DNA of 40,799 nucleotides from Thermodesulfobacteriota bacterium (GCA_050014415.1 JBEKDJ010000022.1:1-40799); one strand, 5' to 3'; shown: positions 1 to 10,071, numbered from the stretch's first letter. Translations and numbers: made by a program. Notes: generated from the letters alone by a model not told the origin.

Positions 1-18
1 TTAATGTCTGTTTTTTCG

Positions 19-181
19 GTCATCCCGAGCTTAATAATGAGACCATATTTATCTGGATATAATTCTTCAGGTCCTGGATTCCGGCTTTCGCCCTGTACAC
101 CATGCGGTGCAGGGCTTCCGCCAGAATGGTAGACAAAATCCTTTTCTACATTCGTCACTCCGGCGAAGGCCGGAGTCCAGT
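19..181. repeat. GTCA(T/C)TCC-type REP-like palindromic repeats
   Basis: CTGGATTCCGGCTTTCGCC (~75-92) is an imperfect inverted copy of GGCGAAGGCCGGAGTCCAG (161-180); GTCATCCCG and GTCACTCCGG heads. Confidence 0.55.
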
Positions 182-345
182 AATGGGTTATCCATTGAGC
201 ATTTTAGTGTCTATTTAATTATGGCCTCATTTGAATTTCGGGATCTTAGTTTTGGTTTTAAGAATTTCGTTTTAAATTTGACATTGCATTAGTTTTGATT
301 TGAACTTTGAGCTTTGAAATTTGGCATTTTTTTTGGAGATATGCT

Positions 346-1269
346 GTGACCATTGGGAGATTTGGACTCAGAAGAAGAGACTATGACTTTCCACCCTTCA
401 GACCGCCCAGTGAGGCAAACAGCCTTCTCTTGAGGGTGACGAGAGGATGTCCCTGGAACCGCTGCACCTTCTGCTCCATGTACAAAACCATGAAGTTTGA
501 GATCAGGGATCTCGAAGAGATCGAATCGGATATCGAATTGGCGAAGGAGCTCCATGGGGATAGAATCCGTACCGTTTTCATAGGAGATTCCAATAGCCTT
601 GTAGTGAAAACCAAGGTATTGGTTAGAATTTTAAGCAATTTATTCTCCTCCTTTCCGAATATTGAGCGGATAACCAGTTATTCACGGGCCAAGACCCTGG
701 CTAAGAAGCCTTCAGAGGATTTGGTTGAAATCTGTCAAGCGGGTTTGAATAGACTCCATGTGGGTCTCGAAACCGGTGATCGAGAGCTTCTCAGAGAGAT
801 TGAAAAAGGGGCCACCCCAGAAGAGATGATCGAAGCGGGGAGAAAAGCAAAGCAGGCCGGATTTGAATACTCCCTGTATGTCTTGCTGGGGATTGGGGGC
901 GAGGAGAGATGGGAGAAACACGCCAAGGGGACGGCAGGGGTGTTGAATCAAATCGACCCCCATTTTATCCGTGTCCGGACGTTCATCCCCCAGCCCGGGT
1001 CTCAACTATATGAAGCTATGGGAGTGGGCCGCTTTCAATCAGCAAGTCTAGAAACGATTTTGAAGGAGACAAAACTCCTTTTGGAGGAGCTTGGCGTGAC
1101 CTCTCAATTCGTGAGTGACCATGTTTCCAACCTCCTTCCTCTGCATGGAAAACTTCCTGAGGAAAAAGAGAGGATGATTCAGATGGTCGATGATGCCTTA
1201 AGAAGTCTGGAGGAAAATGGTCTCATGAGAGAAGAGATGGAGACGCGAAGGCACTTAAAGAGCCTGTGA
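346..1269 (+). CDS. Radical SAM protein
   Basis: FRPPSEA-x-SLLL N-terminus, Fe-S motif CPWNRCTFC (Cx4Cx2C spacing), GLETG motif. Start moved to GTG at 346 behind GGAG. Confidence 0.85.
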   Translation: MTIGRFGLRRRDYDFPPFRPPSEANSLLLRVTRGCPWNRCTFCSMYKTMKFEIRDLEEIESDIELAKELHGDRIRTVFIGDSNSLVVKTKVLVRILSNLFSSFPNIERITSYSRAKTLAKKPSEDLVEICQAGLNRLHVGLETGDRELLREIEKGATPEEMIEAGRKAKQAGFEYSLYVLLGIGGEERWEKHAKGTAGVLNQIDPHFIRVRTFIPQPGSQLYEAMGVGRFQSASLETILKETKLLLEELGVTSQFVSDHVSNLLPLHGKLPEEKERMIQMVDDALRSLEENGLMREEMETRRHLKSL

Positions 1270-1337
1270 CAAGAATAAACCGAATGAAGACGAATGAGCC
1301 GAATATTCGTCAAATTTGTTGTCATTCGAGCTATTCG

Positions 1338-1556
1338 TTATTTACTGCAGGTGGAGCAACTGGTGGCGGCACAACCGCCACAGGAGGAATCGGCGGTACT
1401 TTTGAATTTTCCGCTGCTGGAAAAGGCAAAAGCAGACATCATTCGATGGACTTTCTTGCTTTTACACTCAGGGCAGGCGACCTTCTCGGAAGCATGAAAT
1501 ACTAATTTCTCGAATTCTTTTTCACATTGCTTGCAGTGAAATTCGTAAATAGGCAT
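1338..1556 (-). CDS. FmdB-family zinc ribbon protein
   Basis: MPIYEFHCKQC...CPEC...MSAF with Cys-rich tail CGGC..CSTC; RBS AAGGAG upstream. Confidence 0.9.
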   Translation of the reverse strand: MPIYEFHCKQCEKEFEKLVFHASEKVACPECKSKKVHRMMSAFAFSSSGKFKSTADSSCGGCAATSCSTCSK

Positions 1557-1578
1557 CTCGAGGGCTCCTTTTGAATTT

Positions 1579-1607
1579 ATCGTAACATTTCCTTATTCGA
1601 TGAGCAA
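1579..1607 (-). promoter_or_regulatory. Putative sigma70 promoter of the zinc ribbon gene
   Basis: Minus strand TTGCTC-17 bp-TACGAT with an extended TG. Confidence 0.4.
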
Positions 1608-1685
1608 GAGAGCCTTGCTTTTCTAGCAGCCTCAATACTGCAATGATATCCAATATACCGAATCCTTCTCTATAACAAACACAGC

Positions 1686-1795
1686 ATTCCCCTCATTGGA
1701 ACACAGTCTCCTGCCGGGAGAGGGCGTGGGTGAGGGGAAGACATGCTATGTCCACCCCCATCTTGATCCTCTCCCCATAGAGGGGGAGGGCAGTC
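1686..1795. repeat. CCCTCTCCC/GGGAGAGG-type REP-like double hairpin
   Basis: TCTCCTGCCGGGAGAGGG-GTGGGTGAGGGG ... CCCCCATCTTGATCCTCTCCCCATAGAGGGGGAGGG; related copies at ~5975-6056 and ~22443-22780. Confidence 0.6.
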
Positions 1796-1856
1796 ATTGG
1801 CAGATTTTCATCAGTCGAGTGTGGTGTACCCGTTGTCACCTATTACCTGAAAAATA

Positions 1857-1888
1857 TTGACGCCAGAATAAAAAAAAAGGTATATAAT
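1857..1888 (+). promoter_or_regulatory. Putative sigma70 promoter of the gap operon
   Basis: TTGACG at 1857-1862, then TATATAAT at 1881-1888; spacer contains an A9 run. Confidence 0.5.
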
Positions 1889-1903
1889 ATTCTTATTTTT
1901 TGA

Positions 1904-2923
<1,020 letters not shown>

Positions 2924-2934
2924 CAGAGCCTACG

Positions 2935-3014
2935 GTCATTCTGAGGAGCAGAACGACGAAGAAGCGCGGATTTATAATTCTGATGCTTCACTTCCGTTCG
3001 TCGCTCAGAATGGC
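2935..3014. repeat. GTCATTCTGAG-type palindromic intergenic repeat
   Basis: GTCATTCTGAGGAGCAGAACG...CGTTCGTCGCTCAGAATGGC forms a long imperfect inverted repeat between gap and pgk. Confidence 0.55.
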
Positions 3015-3032
3015 ACCACATCCAGAGGAGTC

Positions 3033-4223
3033 ATGTTTCTTCGAACTGTAAACCAACTTGAGTTGAAGGGGAAAAGCGTTTTTATTCGAGTTGATTTCAA
3101 TGTCCCTTTGAACGAGAAAAATGAGATTACCGATGATACCCGGATCGTTCTCTGCCTTCCCACCATCCGATTTGTAGCCGAATCTGGAGGAAAAGCGATT
3201 CTTGCATCCCACCTTGGAAGGCCCAAGGGAAAGAGGGATCCCAAATTTGGTTTGGCCCCGGTTGCTGAAAGGTTATCCCGACTATTTGGAAAAAAAGTGG
3301 CTTTAGCCCCGGATTGTATTGGTGAAGAGGTTCAAAAACAGATTGGAGGGATGAAAGAAGGAGATATCCTTCTCCTGGAAAATCTCAGGTTTCACCCTGA
3401 GGAGGAGAAGAACGAAGAAGGTTTTTCAAGGGCCCTGGCTTCTCTTTGTGACGTATATGTAGACGATGCTTTTGGTGCCGCCCACCGGGCTCATGCCTCA
3501 ACCGAGGGGATGACACGATATGTCAAGACCGTGGCTGCAGGTTTTCTGATGATGAAAGAGATCGAAAGTCTGGAGAAGGCCCTGATGAACCCGCAGAAGC
3601 CTTATGTAGCGATACTGGGTGGAGCAAAGGTTTCTGAAAAGATCGGAGTGATTCAAAATCTTCTGGATAAAGTGACAACTCTCCTGATCGGGGGAGGGAT
3701 GGCCTATACCTTTCTTAAAGCTGAGGGATTCCAGGTAGGAAAATCCCTTGTCGAAGACGAGCAGACTGGATTGTCATTCAGCCTTCTTCAGAAAGCGAAA
3801 GGGAGGATCAAGTTTCTTCTCCCTTCGGATCACGTTGCTGCCGAGCGAATGGATATCCAGGCAAAGAGAGAAATCGTGAAGAACGATAAAATTCCTTCGG
3901 GCTGGGTCTGCTTGGATATCGGTCCGGAAACAGTAAAGACGTTTTCTGAGGAGATCAGATCTGCTAAGACAATCGTCTGGAATGGGCCTATGGGCGTCTT
4001 TGAAATGGAACCATTCAGTCTGGGTACTTTTGCCATTGCTAAGGCTGTCGCCAACTCCTCTGCCTTCAGCATTGTGGGTGGAGGGGACTCTGTGGCAGCG
4101 GTGAATAAAGCAGGAGTAGCCGAAAAGATCAGCCACATCTCAACAGGAGGTGGGGCGTCTCTTGAATTTCTCGAGGGGAAGAAGTTGCCAGGCATTGAAG
4201 CACTGAGGAGGGGAACACTTTAG
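3033..4223 (+). CDS. pgk: Phosphoglycerate kinase
   Basis: RVDFNVP, SHLGRP, LLENLRF, WNGPMGVFE, STGGGASLEFLEGK. Confidence 0.98.
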   Translation: MFLRTVNQLELKGKSVFIRVDFNVPLNEKNEITDDTRIVLCLPTIRFVAESGGKAILASHLGRPKGKRDPKFGLAPVAERLSRLFGKKVALAPDCIGEEVQKQIGGMKEGDILLLENLRFHPEEEKNEEGFSRALASLCDVYVDDAFGAAHRAHASTEGMTRYVKTVAAGFLMMKEIESLEKALMNPQKPYVAILGGAKVSEKIGVIQNLLDKVTTLLIGGGMAYTFLKAEGFQVGKSLVEDEQTGLSFSLLQKAKGRIKFLLPSDHVAAERMDIQAKREIVKNDKIPSGWVCLDIGPETVKTFSEEIRSAKTIVWNGPMGVFEMEPFSLGTFAIAKAVANSSAFSIVGGGDSVAAVNKAGVAEKISHISTGGGASLEFLEGKKLPGIEALRRGTL

Positions 4224-4440
4224 CGCTTTGAAATGGAATAAGATAGGCCCCCGGTCAGAGATGCTTCCAAAGTTTTAGAATGCGGTCTTTTATATATTGC
4301 GGCATTGAAATGAAGTGAGTGAACAAGACGCTCCAATACTATTGGAGCCATCTGAATGATCCAGTTGAAGGTTTCCGCTCTAAAACTTTTCCACCATCCC
4401 TGTCCGGTGTTCTTTGGGAGTGATGTTAGAAAGCGCTAAA
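4219..4440. mobile_element. MITE-like element between pgk and tpiA
   Basis: Perfect 11-bp terminal inverted repeat TTTAGCGCTTT/AAAGCGCTAAA (possible TA duplication); internal motifs shared with the element at 22524-22765. Confidence 0.55.
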
Positions 4441-4459
4441 TGTTACTGAGGAATGAATA

Positions 4460-5221
4460 ATGAGAAGATTGCCATTTATTGCAGGAAATTGGAAAATGAA
4501 TAAAACGGTCGGAGAAGCCCTCGATCTCGTCAAGGAATTGAAAGCCTTTCTTTTAAGAGTCAAAGAAGTGGAAGTGGCTATTGCTCCTCCTTTTACTGCG
4601 CTCTATGCTGTTCATAAGGAACTTGAAGGTTCTTCCATTCGTCTTGCTGCTCAGAATCTTTACTGGGAGGAAAAGGGCGCTTTCACCGGCGAAGTCTCTC
4701 CATCCATGCTCAAGGAAGTGGGCTGTCACTATGTAATCATCGGCCACTCGGAAAGGCGACAGTTTTTCGGGGAGACGGATGAGACGGTGAATCGAAGGAT
4801 AAAAGCAGCACTGGGCTTAGGGTTGAAGGTGATCTTCTGTACGGGGGAGACCTTGAAGGAGAGGGAAGAGGGGAAGACCTTTTCAGTCGTTGATAGGCAG
4901 GTCGAAGGTGGGTTAAGAGGTTTGGGGGAGAATGAGGTCAAGGATATCGTCATCGCTTATGAACCTATTTGGGCTATTGGAACCGGCAAGACAGCGACTC
5001 CTGAACAGGCTGAGGAGGTGCATCGATTCATCCGAGAGAGATTAGAAAGGGCCTATTCACGAGAAATTGCACAAGGTATTCGGATCCAGTACGGCGGGAG
5101 TGTGACCCCGGAGAACATCAAAGCTCTGATGGACCAGAAGAATATTGATGGGGCACTGGTGGGAGGGGCAAGCCTGAAAGCAGAAACTTTCTCCAAGATT
5201 GTCAGATTCAAGGAAATGTGA
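4460..5221 (+). CDS. tpiA: Triosephosphate isomerase
   Basis: AGNWKMN, IGHSERR, AYEPIWAIGTG, YGGSV, LVGGASL. Confidence 0.98.
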   Translation: MRRLPFIAGNWKMNKTVGEALDLVKELKAFLLRVKEVEVAIAPPFTALYAVHKELEGSSIRLAAQNLYWEEKGAFTGEVSPSMLKEVGCHYVIIGHSERRQFFGETDETVNRRIKAALGLGLKVIFCTGETLKEREEGKTFSVVDRQVEGGLRGLGENEVKDIVIAYEPIWAIGTGKTATPEQAEEVHRFIRERLERAYSREIAQGIRIQYGGSVTPENIKALMDQKNIDGALVGGASLKAETFSKIVRFKEM

Positions 5222-5234
5222 TATATCTATTTAT

Positions 5235-5366
5235 CGATTTCAGATTTAAGATTTCAGATTTGAAATTCAATCTGCGATATGTAATCTTGAAACTTACATC
5301 AAATAAAGTAGTTTTAGATTTTTTTTTAGTTTCAATCTACAATCTAAAATTTGAAATCTTAAATCA
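5235..5366. repeat. Degenerate 7-mer repeat arms in inverted orientation
   Basis: ATTTCAG/ATTTAAG runs facing AATCTAC/AATCTAA/AATCTTA runs. Confidence 0.5.
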
Positions 5367-5386
5367 GATAAGAGAGGATTGAATCT

Positions 5387-5716
5387 ATGACCATTGTTAT
5401 TATATTCCATGTTTTTGTCTGTTTTGCTCTCATTTTGATCGTTCTCCTTCAGGCAGGAAAGGGAGCAGAGATGGGGGCAGCTTTTGGAGGATCGAGTCAA
5501 ACGCTCTTCGGAAGTTCAGGGGCGATGGGATTTCTAACGAAGTTGACGACCGTCGCCGCAGTGATCTTCATGATCACTTCCCTTGTTCTGGCTTTTAGCT
5601 CAACAAGGCGAGCGTCGAAGAGTGTGTTAGGGGAAAGGCCAGTGCAGTCGGTTCCTTCGGCACCTTCCCAAGTCCCGGCTCAGCCTCAAATTCCTCTACC
5701 CGAGCCGAAGAAATAG
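5387..5716 (+). CDS. secG: Preprotein translocase subunit SecG
   Basis: Two TM segments, LLQAGKGAEMGAAFGG-SQTLFGS, FLTKLT; canonical position after tpiA. Confidence 0.95.
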   Translation: MTIVIIFHVFVCFALILIVLLQAGKGAEMGAAFGGSSQTLFGSSGAMGFLTKLTTVAAVIFMITSLVLAFSSTRRASKSVLGERPVQSVPSAPSQVPAQPQIPLPEPKK

Positions 5717-5829
5717 GCTAAAGGTTGGGATTGAGGTTGAGGTTAAGAAGTAGAGGGTTGTTAACAGGTGCTGATGGGTTAATTGTTTTTTCCTGGACCT
5801 AGACCTAAATTTTGATCCAACTATTCAAT

Positions 5830-5915
5830 GCCGAAGTGGTGGAATTGGTAGACACGCCATCTTGAGGGGGTGGTGGGCGATCCCCGTGGGGGTTCAAATC
5901 CCCCCTTCGGCACCA
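5830..5915 (+). tRNA. tRNA-Leu (anticodon GAG)
   Basis: Acceptor stem GCCGAAG/CTTCGGC, D loop GGAATTGGTAGAC, anticodon arm CCATC-TTGAGGG-GGTGG, long variable arm, GGTTCAAATCC, encoded CCA. Confidence 0.97.
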
Positions 5916-5925
5916 CAGAATAAAA

Positions 5926-5960
5926 AAGAGGAGAGGTGAGAGTACCCCTCCTCTTGTTAT
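5926..5960 (+). terminator. Hairpin terminator after tRNA-Leu
   Basis: AAGAGGAG...CTCCTCTT stem followed by T-rich tail. Confidence 0.55.
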
Positions 5961-6095
5961 ATTCACTTGACGCATTCTCCCCATCCCTTGAGGAATGAAG
6001 GGCATCCCGAAATTTCCCTCTCCCCATCATCCGCTCCCGCCAGGGAATGGGAAGGCTCTTAAGGTATTTCTCAAATGAGAGGAGTAATTCTCTGA

Positions 6096-7073
6096 ATGGA
6101 TGAAAATGCGCTCGAGGTCTCAACGGCCCTCCAAGCCATCACAATCGCATCGGCACTTTGTGAGGAGGTTAGGAGGAAACTTGCTGGCGGGGAATCCATC
6201 CTGAAGAGCGATAGAAGCCCGGTGACCGTTGCGGACTATGGATCTCAGGCCGTTATATGTAAATTGATCAGAGAGAGATTTCCACATGACAACATAGTGG
6301 CCGAAGAGGATTCCACGGAGCTAAAGAAGCCAGGTCATTCAAGAATCCTGGAGCAGGTCACAGACCACGTTAATGACTTTGTTCGAGGGGCGTCAGAGGA
6401 GATCAACTCGTGGATTGATTTCAGTTCCCATTCCATCACAGATCGTTTTTGGGCCCTTGACCCGATCGATGGGACGAAAGGGTTCATCAGGGGAGATCAA
6501 TACGCCATTGCTCTGGCCCTCATTGAAAAGGGTGCTGTAACGCTGGGTTTAATGGCCTGTCCAAACCTCTATGTTGACAGAGACCAGCCCAGCGGAAAGA
6601 GGGGGTGTCTTTTTCTTGCCATAAGGGGAAAAGGCTCGTTGCAAATGGAAATGGACGGCGGAGGCAGGAAGGCCTTGTCGGTTTCGAGAACTGAGAATCC
6701 TTCAGAAGCCTCTTTGACCGAAAGCGTCGAATCTGACCATACTGACCATCTCTTGCATCAACGTCTTGCCCAGAAATTGAATATGACAAAGCCGTCTCTC
6801 CGGATGGACAGCCAAGCGAAATACGGGATCGTGGCAAGGGGTGAAGCCACCCTCTATCTAAGGGCCCCCTCGTCTTCTGAGCCTGATTATCGAGAGAATA
6901 TCTGGGATCATGCAGCAGGATCCATCATTGCTGAAGAGGCTGGCGGGAGGGTAACCGACGTATTGGGACAGCCGTTAGATTTTACCTGTGGGATAAAAAT
7001 GAGAAGGAATCATGGTATTGTGGTGACAAATGGAATCCTACACGATGTCGTTCTCAAAGCCCTAAGAATATGA
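6096..7073 (+). CDS. 3'(2'),5'-bisphosphate nucleotidase, HAL2/SAL1-type (inositol monophosphatase superfamily)
   Basis: KSDRSPVTVADYGSQA, AEED, LDPIDGTKGF-RGDQYA, MDSQAKY, ENIWDHAAG. Confidence 0.85.
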   Translation: MDENALEVSTALQAITIASALCEEVRRKLAGGESILKSDRSPVTVADYGSQAVICKLIRERFPHDNIVAEEDSTELKKPGHSRILEQVTDHVNDFVRGASEEINSWIDFSSHSITDRFWALDPIDGTKGFIRGDQYAIALALIEKGAVTLGLMACPNLYVDRDQPSGKRGCLFLAIRGKGSLQMEMDGGGRKALSVSRTENPSEASLTESVESDHTDHLLHQRLAQKLNMTKPSLRMDSQAKYGIVARGEATLYLRAPSSSEPDYRENIWDHAAGSIIAEEAGGRVTDVLGQPLDFTCGIKMRRNHGIVVTNGILHDVVLKALRI

Positions 7074-7267
7074 TGAAACAACAGGCAATTCAAAATGTCA
7101 ATCGCGCCCAAGCCGGGATCAAAAGTCAAATCAATGCCAAATGTCTAAGTTTCACAACTTATCTCCCTCTTTGATATGTCCCATGGAGCACTTCGAGGGT
7201 AATTTAGATTTCATTTGAAATGTGAGCTTTGGCATTTGACATTTCAGAGCCTGAGAAAGGATTTTCG

Positions 7268-7873
7268 ATGAAAAAGGATTTCTTGGAAGTGATCGAATCC
7301 GAAGTCCCAAAGGATTGCGTAATGATCTCTGTGGGACTCCCGGGGAGTTGGAAGAGCCCGGTGACCGAAGAGATTTCAAAGACGAAGGGTCTTCAGATTC
7401 TCAGGTCCGATGTGATTCGTCTTGAAGTTTTGAAGGACCAAGATATCTTCGACAATAAGGTGGCCTCTGATCCCAATAACAGAAAGCGAGTCTATGAAGA
7501 GATGTTTCGACGGGCAAGGAGCGCTTTGGAGACAGACCCCAGGGGGCTCATCTTGGATGCCACTTTCTTCACCCAGGAGTTAAGATCTCGGGCCGCGGAA
7601 TTGGCAGCGGAGGCCAAGCGGACCTATGTCATCGCTGAATGTGTCTGTTCAGAAGAGAGATCGATTCAACGGATTTTAAAGAGAACGAGGGAGAACTACG
7701 AGTCGAATGCCCTGACGAAAGAAGCCTATCTCAATAACAAAGCCCTGTTCCAGCCCGTTGACGTCAGGAGTATAAAGAAGGAGTTTACGAGTCTTTCCAT
7801 CATCCACCTCACCATTGACACCGAATATGACACCCTTCCTGATTGGAAGATCAAGAAGATTGTGAAGAGATGA
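7268..7873 (+). CDS. P-loop kinase (AAA_33 / gluconate-kinase-like)
   Basis: GLPGSWKS Walker A variant, LRSDVIR, ILDATF. Start at ATG 7268 behind AAGGA. Confidence 0.8.
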   Translation: MKKDFLEVIESEVPKDCVMISVGLPGSWKSPVTEEISKTKGLQILRSDVIRLEVLKDQDIFDNKVASDPNNRKRVYEEMFRRARSALETDPRGLILDATFFTQELRSRAAELAAEAKRTYVIAECVCSEERSIQRILKRTRENYESNALTKEAYLNNKALFQPVDVRSIKKEFTSLSIIHLTIDTEYDTLPDWKIKKIVKR

Positions 7874-8883
7874 GCACAGATATTGCAACCCTTCAGAAAG
7901 CACTACTCAATCCAGCGGTCTATCCCGATAAGCCCATAGAAGTGAATTTTATTGAGACCCATATCTCTCTCCTCTTTCTCACAGGGAACTATGTTTATAA
8001 GGTGAAGAAGCCGGTCGATTTTGGCTTCCTTGATTTCACCTCCCTTGAGAAAAGGAGGTATTTTTGTGAACAAGAAGTGACTTTGAACCGGCGACTCTCT
8101 ACAGGGATCTATTTAGGGGTCGTCAGGATTTCACGTGACCAAGACCGGGTTTCACTGAATGGCAAAGGTGAGATCGTGGAGTATGCCGTTCTGATGAAAC
8201 AGCTCCCTGAAGAGCTTCTCATGGATCGGCTACTTGAGAAGCGACAGGTCTCTTTCAAAATGATTGAAGCAGTCTCAGAAAAACTGGTGAGATTTTATTT
8301 TGATGCGGAGACCAATGATCTCATTAAAGGTTTTGCCAAACCAGAGCGCTTCAAACAGGATACGGATGAGAACTTTGAACAAACCGAGAAGTACCTTGGC
8401 GTAACCATTTCAAGAGAAGCTTATGAAGAGGTGAAACAGAAAACGAACGATTTTTTTGGGACAAAGGAGGATTTATTTCACCGGAGGATTCATTCCGATC
8501 GAATTAGGGATTGCCACGGAGACCTTCGGTTGGAACACATCTTTTGGGGAGAAGAGATCTCCATCTTCGATTGCATCGAATTTAGTGACAGGCTCCGGTA
8601 TACTGACGTCGCTGCGGACATTGGTTTTTTGGCGATGGATCTCGATTACCACGGCAGGGAGGATCTGAGTGAACATCTGATTCGTGCCTATGTCGGAGAA
8701 TCGGGGGACCATGAGTTCATGGAAGTACTCGATTTCTATGAGTGCTACCGGGCCTATGTCCGGGGAAAGGTGGAGAGCTTCCAATTAGACGATCCGAATA
8801 TCCCGGATGAAAAGAAGGCTGAAGCCCGGAATCGGGCTCAAAAATATTTTTACCTCGCCCAACGCTATGCCCAAAGGATTTAA
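7870..8883 (+). CDS. APH-like phosphotransferase (Rv2004c N-domain-like)
   Basis: ETHIS, YKVKKPV-FGFLDF, CHGDLRLEHI, FDCIEF, YRAYVRGKV; ATGA overlap with the upstream stop. Confidence 0.85.
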   Translation: MSTDIATLQKALLNPAVYPDKPIEVNFIETHISLLFLTGNYVYKVKKPVDFGFLDFTSLEKRRYFCEQEVTLNRRLSTGIYLGVVRISRDQDRVSLNGKGEIVEYAVLMKQLPEELLMDRLLEKRQVSFKMIEAVSEKLVRFYFDAETNDLIKGFAKPERFKQDTDENFEQTEKYLGVTISREAYEEVKQKTNDFFGTKEDLFHRRIHSDRIRDCHGDLRLEHIFWGEEISIFDCIEFSDRLRYTDVAADIGFLAMDLDYHGREDLSEHLIRAYVGESGDHEFMEVLDFYECYRAYVRGKVESFQLDDPNIPDEKKAEARNRAQKYFYLAQRYAQRI

Positions 8884-9082
8884 TTGCCGGAGCAGATCGG
8901 GTTTTTCACATCGAGCGAGCAAAGAGCAGAAGAAAGGCTTCCAATTCCCTCTTCTGGCAGGGAGCGGTTCTAAGCGAAGAGAGACGGTGGAAGTCGCCTT
9001 TAGCATCAATGATCGACTCAGTGGATTCCGCCAATTCCCAAGGAACGAGATCATTCTATTGGGGGGGGAACAAATGTTCCGT

Positions 9083-9880
9083 CTATGCTGACAAGAATCC
9101 GCCATCGATGGGTATGGTTGCCCCATGCACATAACTGGACAGGTCACTTGCCAGCACTAAGGTTACGCAAGCCACCTCATCTGGCTGCCCGGGCCGCCCA
9201 ATGGGCAGCCGTTGCCTGAATTCGACACCTACCTTCAACAAATTAACCTTGAAGCGGAGAATCTCTTTCGCTACTGCTTTCGTTCCGGGAGTGATGATCC
9301 CACCCGGCATAATCGCGTTAATCCTGAAACCATGCTTCCCATGTTCCTTTGCCAACGCTCTGGTCAGGGCGATCACCCCCGCTTTGCTTACGCTGTAGTG
9401 AGCCATGTCTTTCTTGAATGGCAATACTGCCTCGATTGACGCAACATTGATAATGACTCCCCCCAACTTCAGTCGTTTGCTTATCATACGCTGACACATC
9501 CAGTAAACCGAATGCAGATTCGTTTCCATTACCCGCTGATAGAAGGCTTCGTCCACATCCAAGAAGTGCTTGAAGGGATAAATTCCTGCGTTATTGACAA
9601 GAATGTCTGGACTGTATCCTTTCAAGTTTTCCCATAGTTTGGCTATCTCTTTACTTTTTGACAGGTCTGCCACATGAATCTTGATGTCAGTCCCGAACCT
9701 TTCCAGTTCGTTCTTGGCTGTTATTAAGTGCCTGCCGTTAATATCAACGAGATCAAGGTCTGCCCCTGCTTCTGCAAATCGGGAGGCAATGGCCTTCCCG
9801 ATTCCGGCAGCGGACCCAGTGACCAGCGCTCGCTTCCCTTTGAGTGAAATTAATTCGTTTAAACTGCGGTATTCAGTCAT
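9083..9880 (-). CDS. Short-chain dehydrogenase/reductase
   Basis: TGSAAGIG, LVNNAG, YxxxK (YSVSK), DGG C-terminus. Confidence 0.92.
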   Translation of the reverse strand: MTEYRSLNELISLKGKRALVTGSAAGIGKAIASRFAEAGADLDLVDINGRHLITAKNELERFGTDIKIHVADLSKSKEIAKLWENLKGYSPDILVNNAGIYPFKHFLDVDEAFYQRVMETNLHSVYWMCQRMISKRLKLGGVIINVASIEAVLPFKKDMAHYSVSKAGVIALTRALAKEHGKHGFRINAIMPGGIITPGTKAVAKEILRFKVNLLKVGVEFRQRLPIGRPGQPDEVACVTLVLASDLSSYVHGATIPIDGGFLSA

Positions 9881-10042
9881 GTAATTTCTTTTGAGATACC
9901 ATGCAATCTCGAGGGTAAGTTGGCCCGCCTAACGTTAAGTTGAGCAGAAATCCAAAACAAGCCGGGATTCAATTCGATTCCACGTTCCTATCGGCGCCAG
10001 CACGCCAAGAACATCTATTTTTATGTTATGGTATTGATGAGA

Positions 10043-10071
10043 AATATATATGAAGGGGAGACCCTTGTCAA
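10043..10071 (-). promoter_or_regulatory. Putative sigma70 promoter of the SDR gene
   Basis: Minus strand TTGACA-17 bp-TATATT. Confidence 0.6.

Noticed and set aside
448-474. Cx4Cx2C instead of Cx3Cx2C in the radical SAM protein
   Set aside because: This spacing is usual for the RPPSEA-type subfamily as far as I recall, so it is not novel.
4272-4386. GTTTTAGA(GC) motifs resembling type II CRISPR repeat starts
   Set aside because: They occur as inverted pairs, not a regularly spaced direct-repeat array, and no cas genes are in the window.
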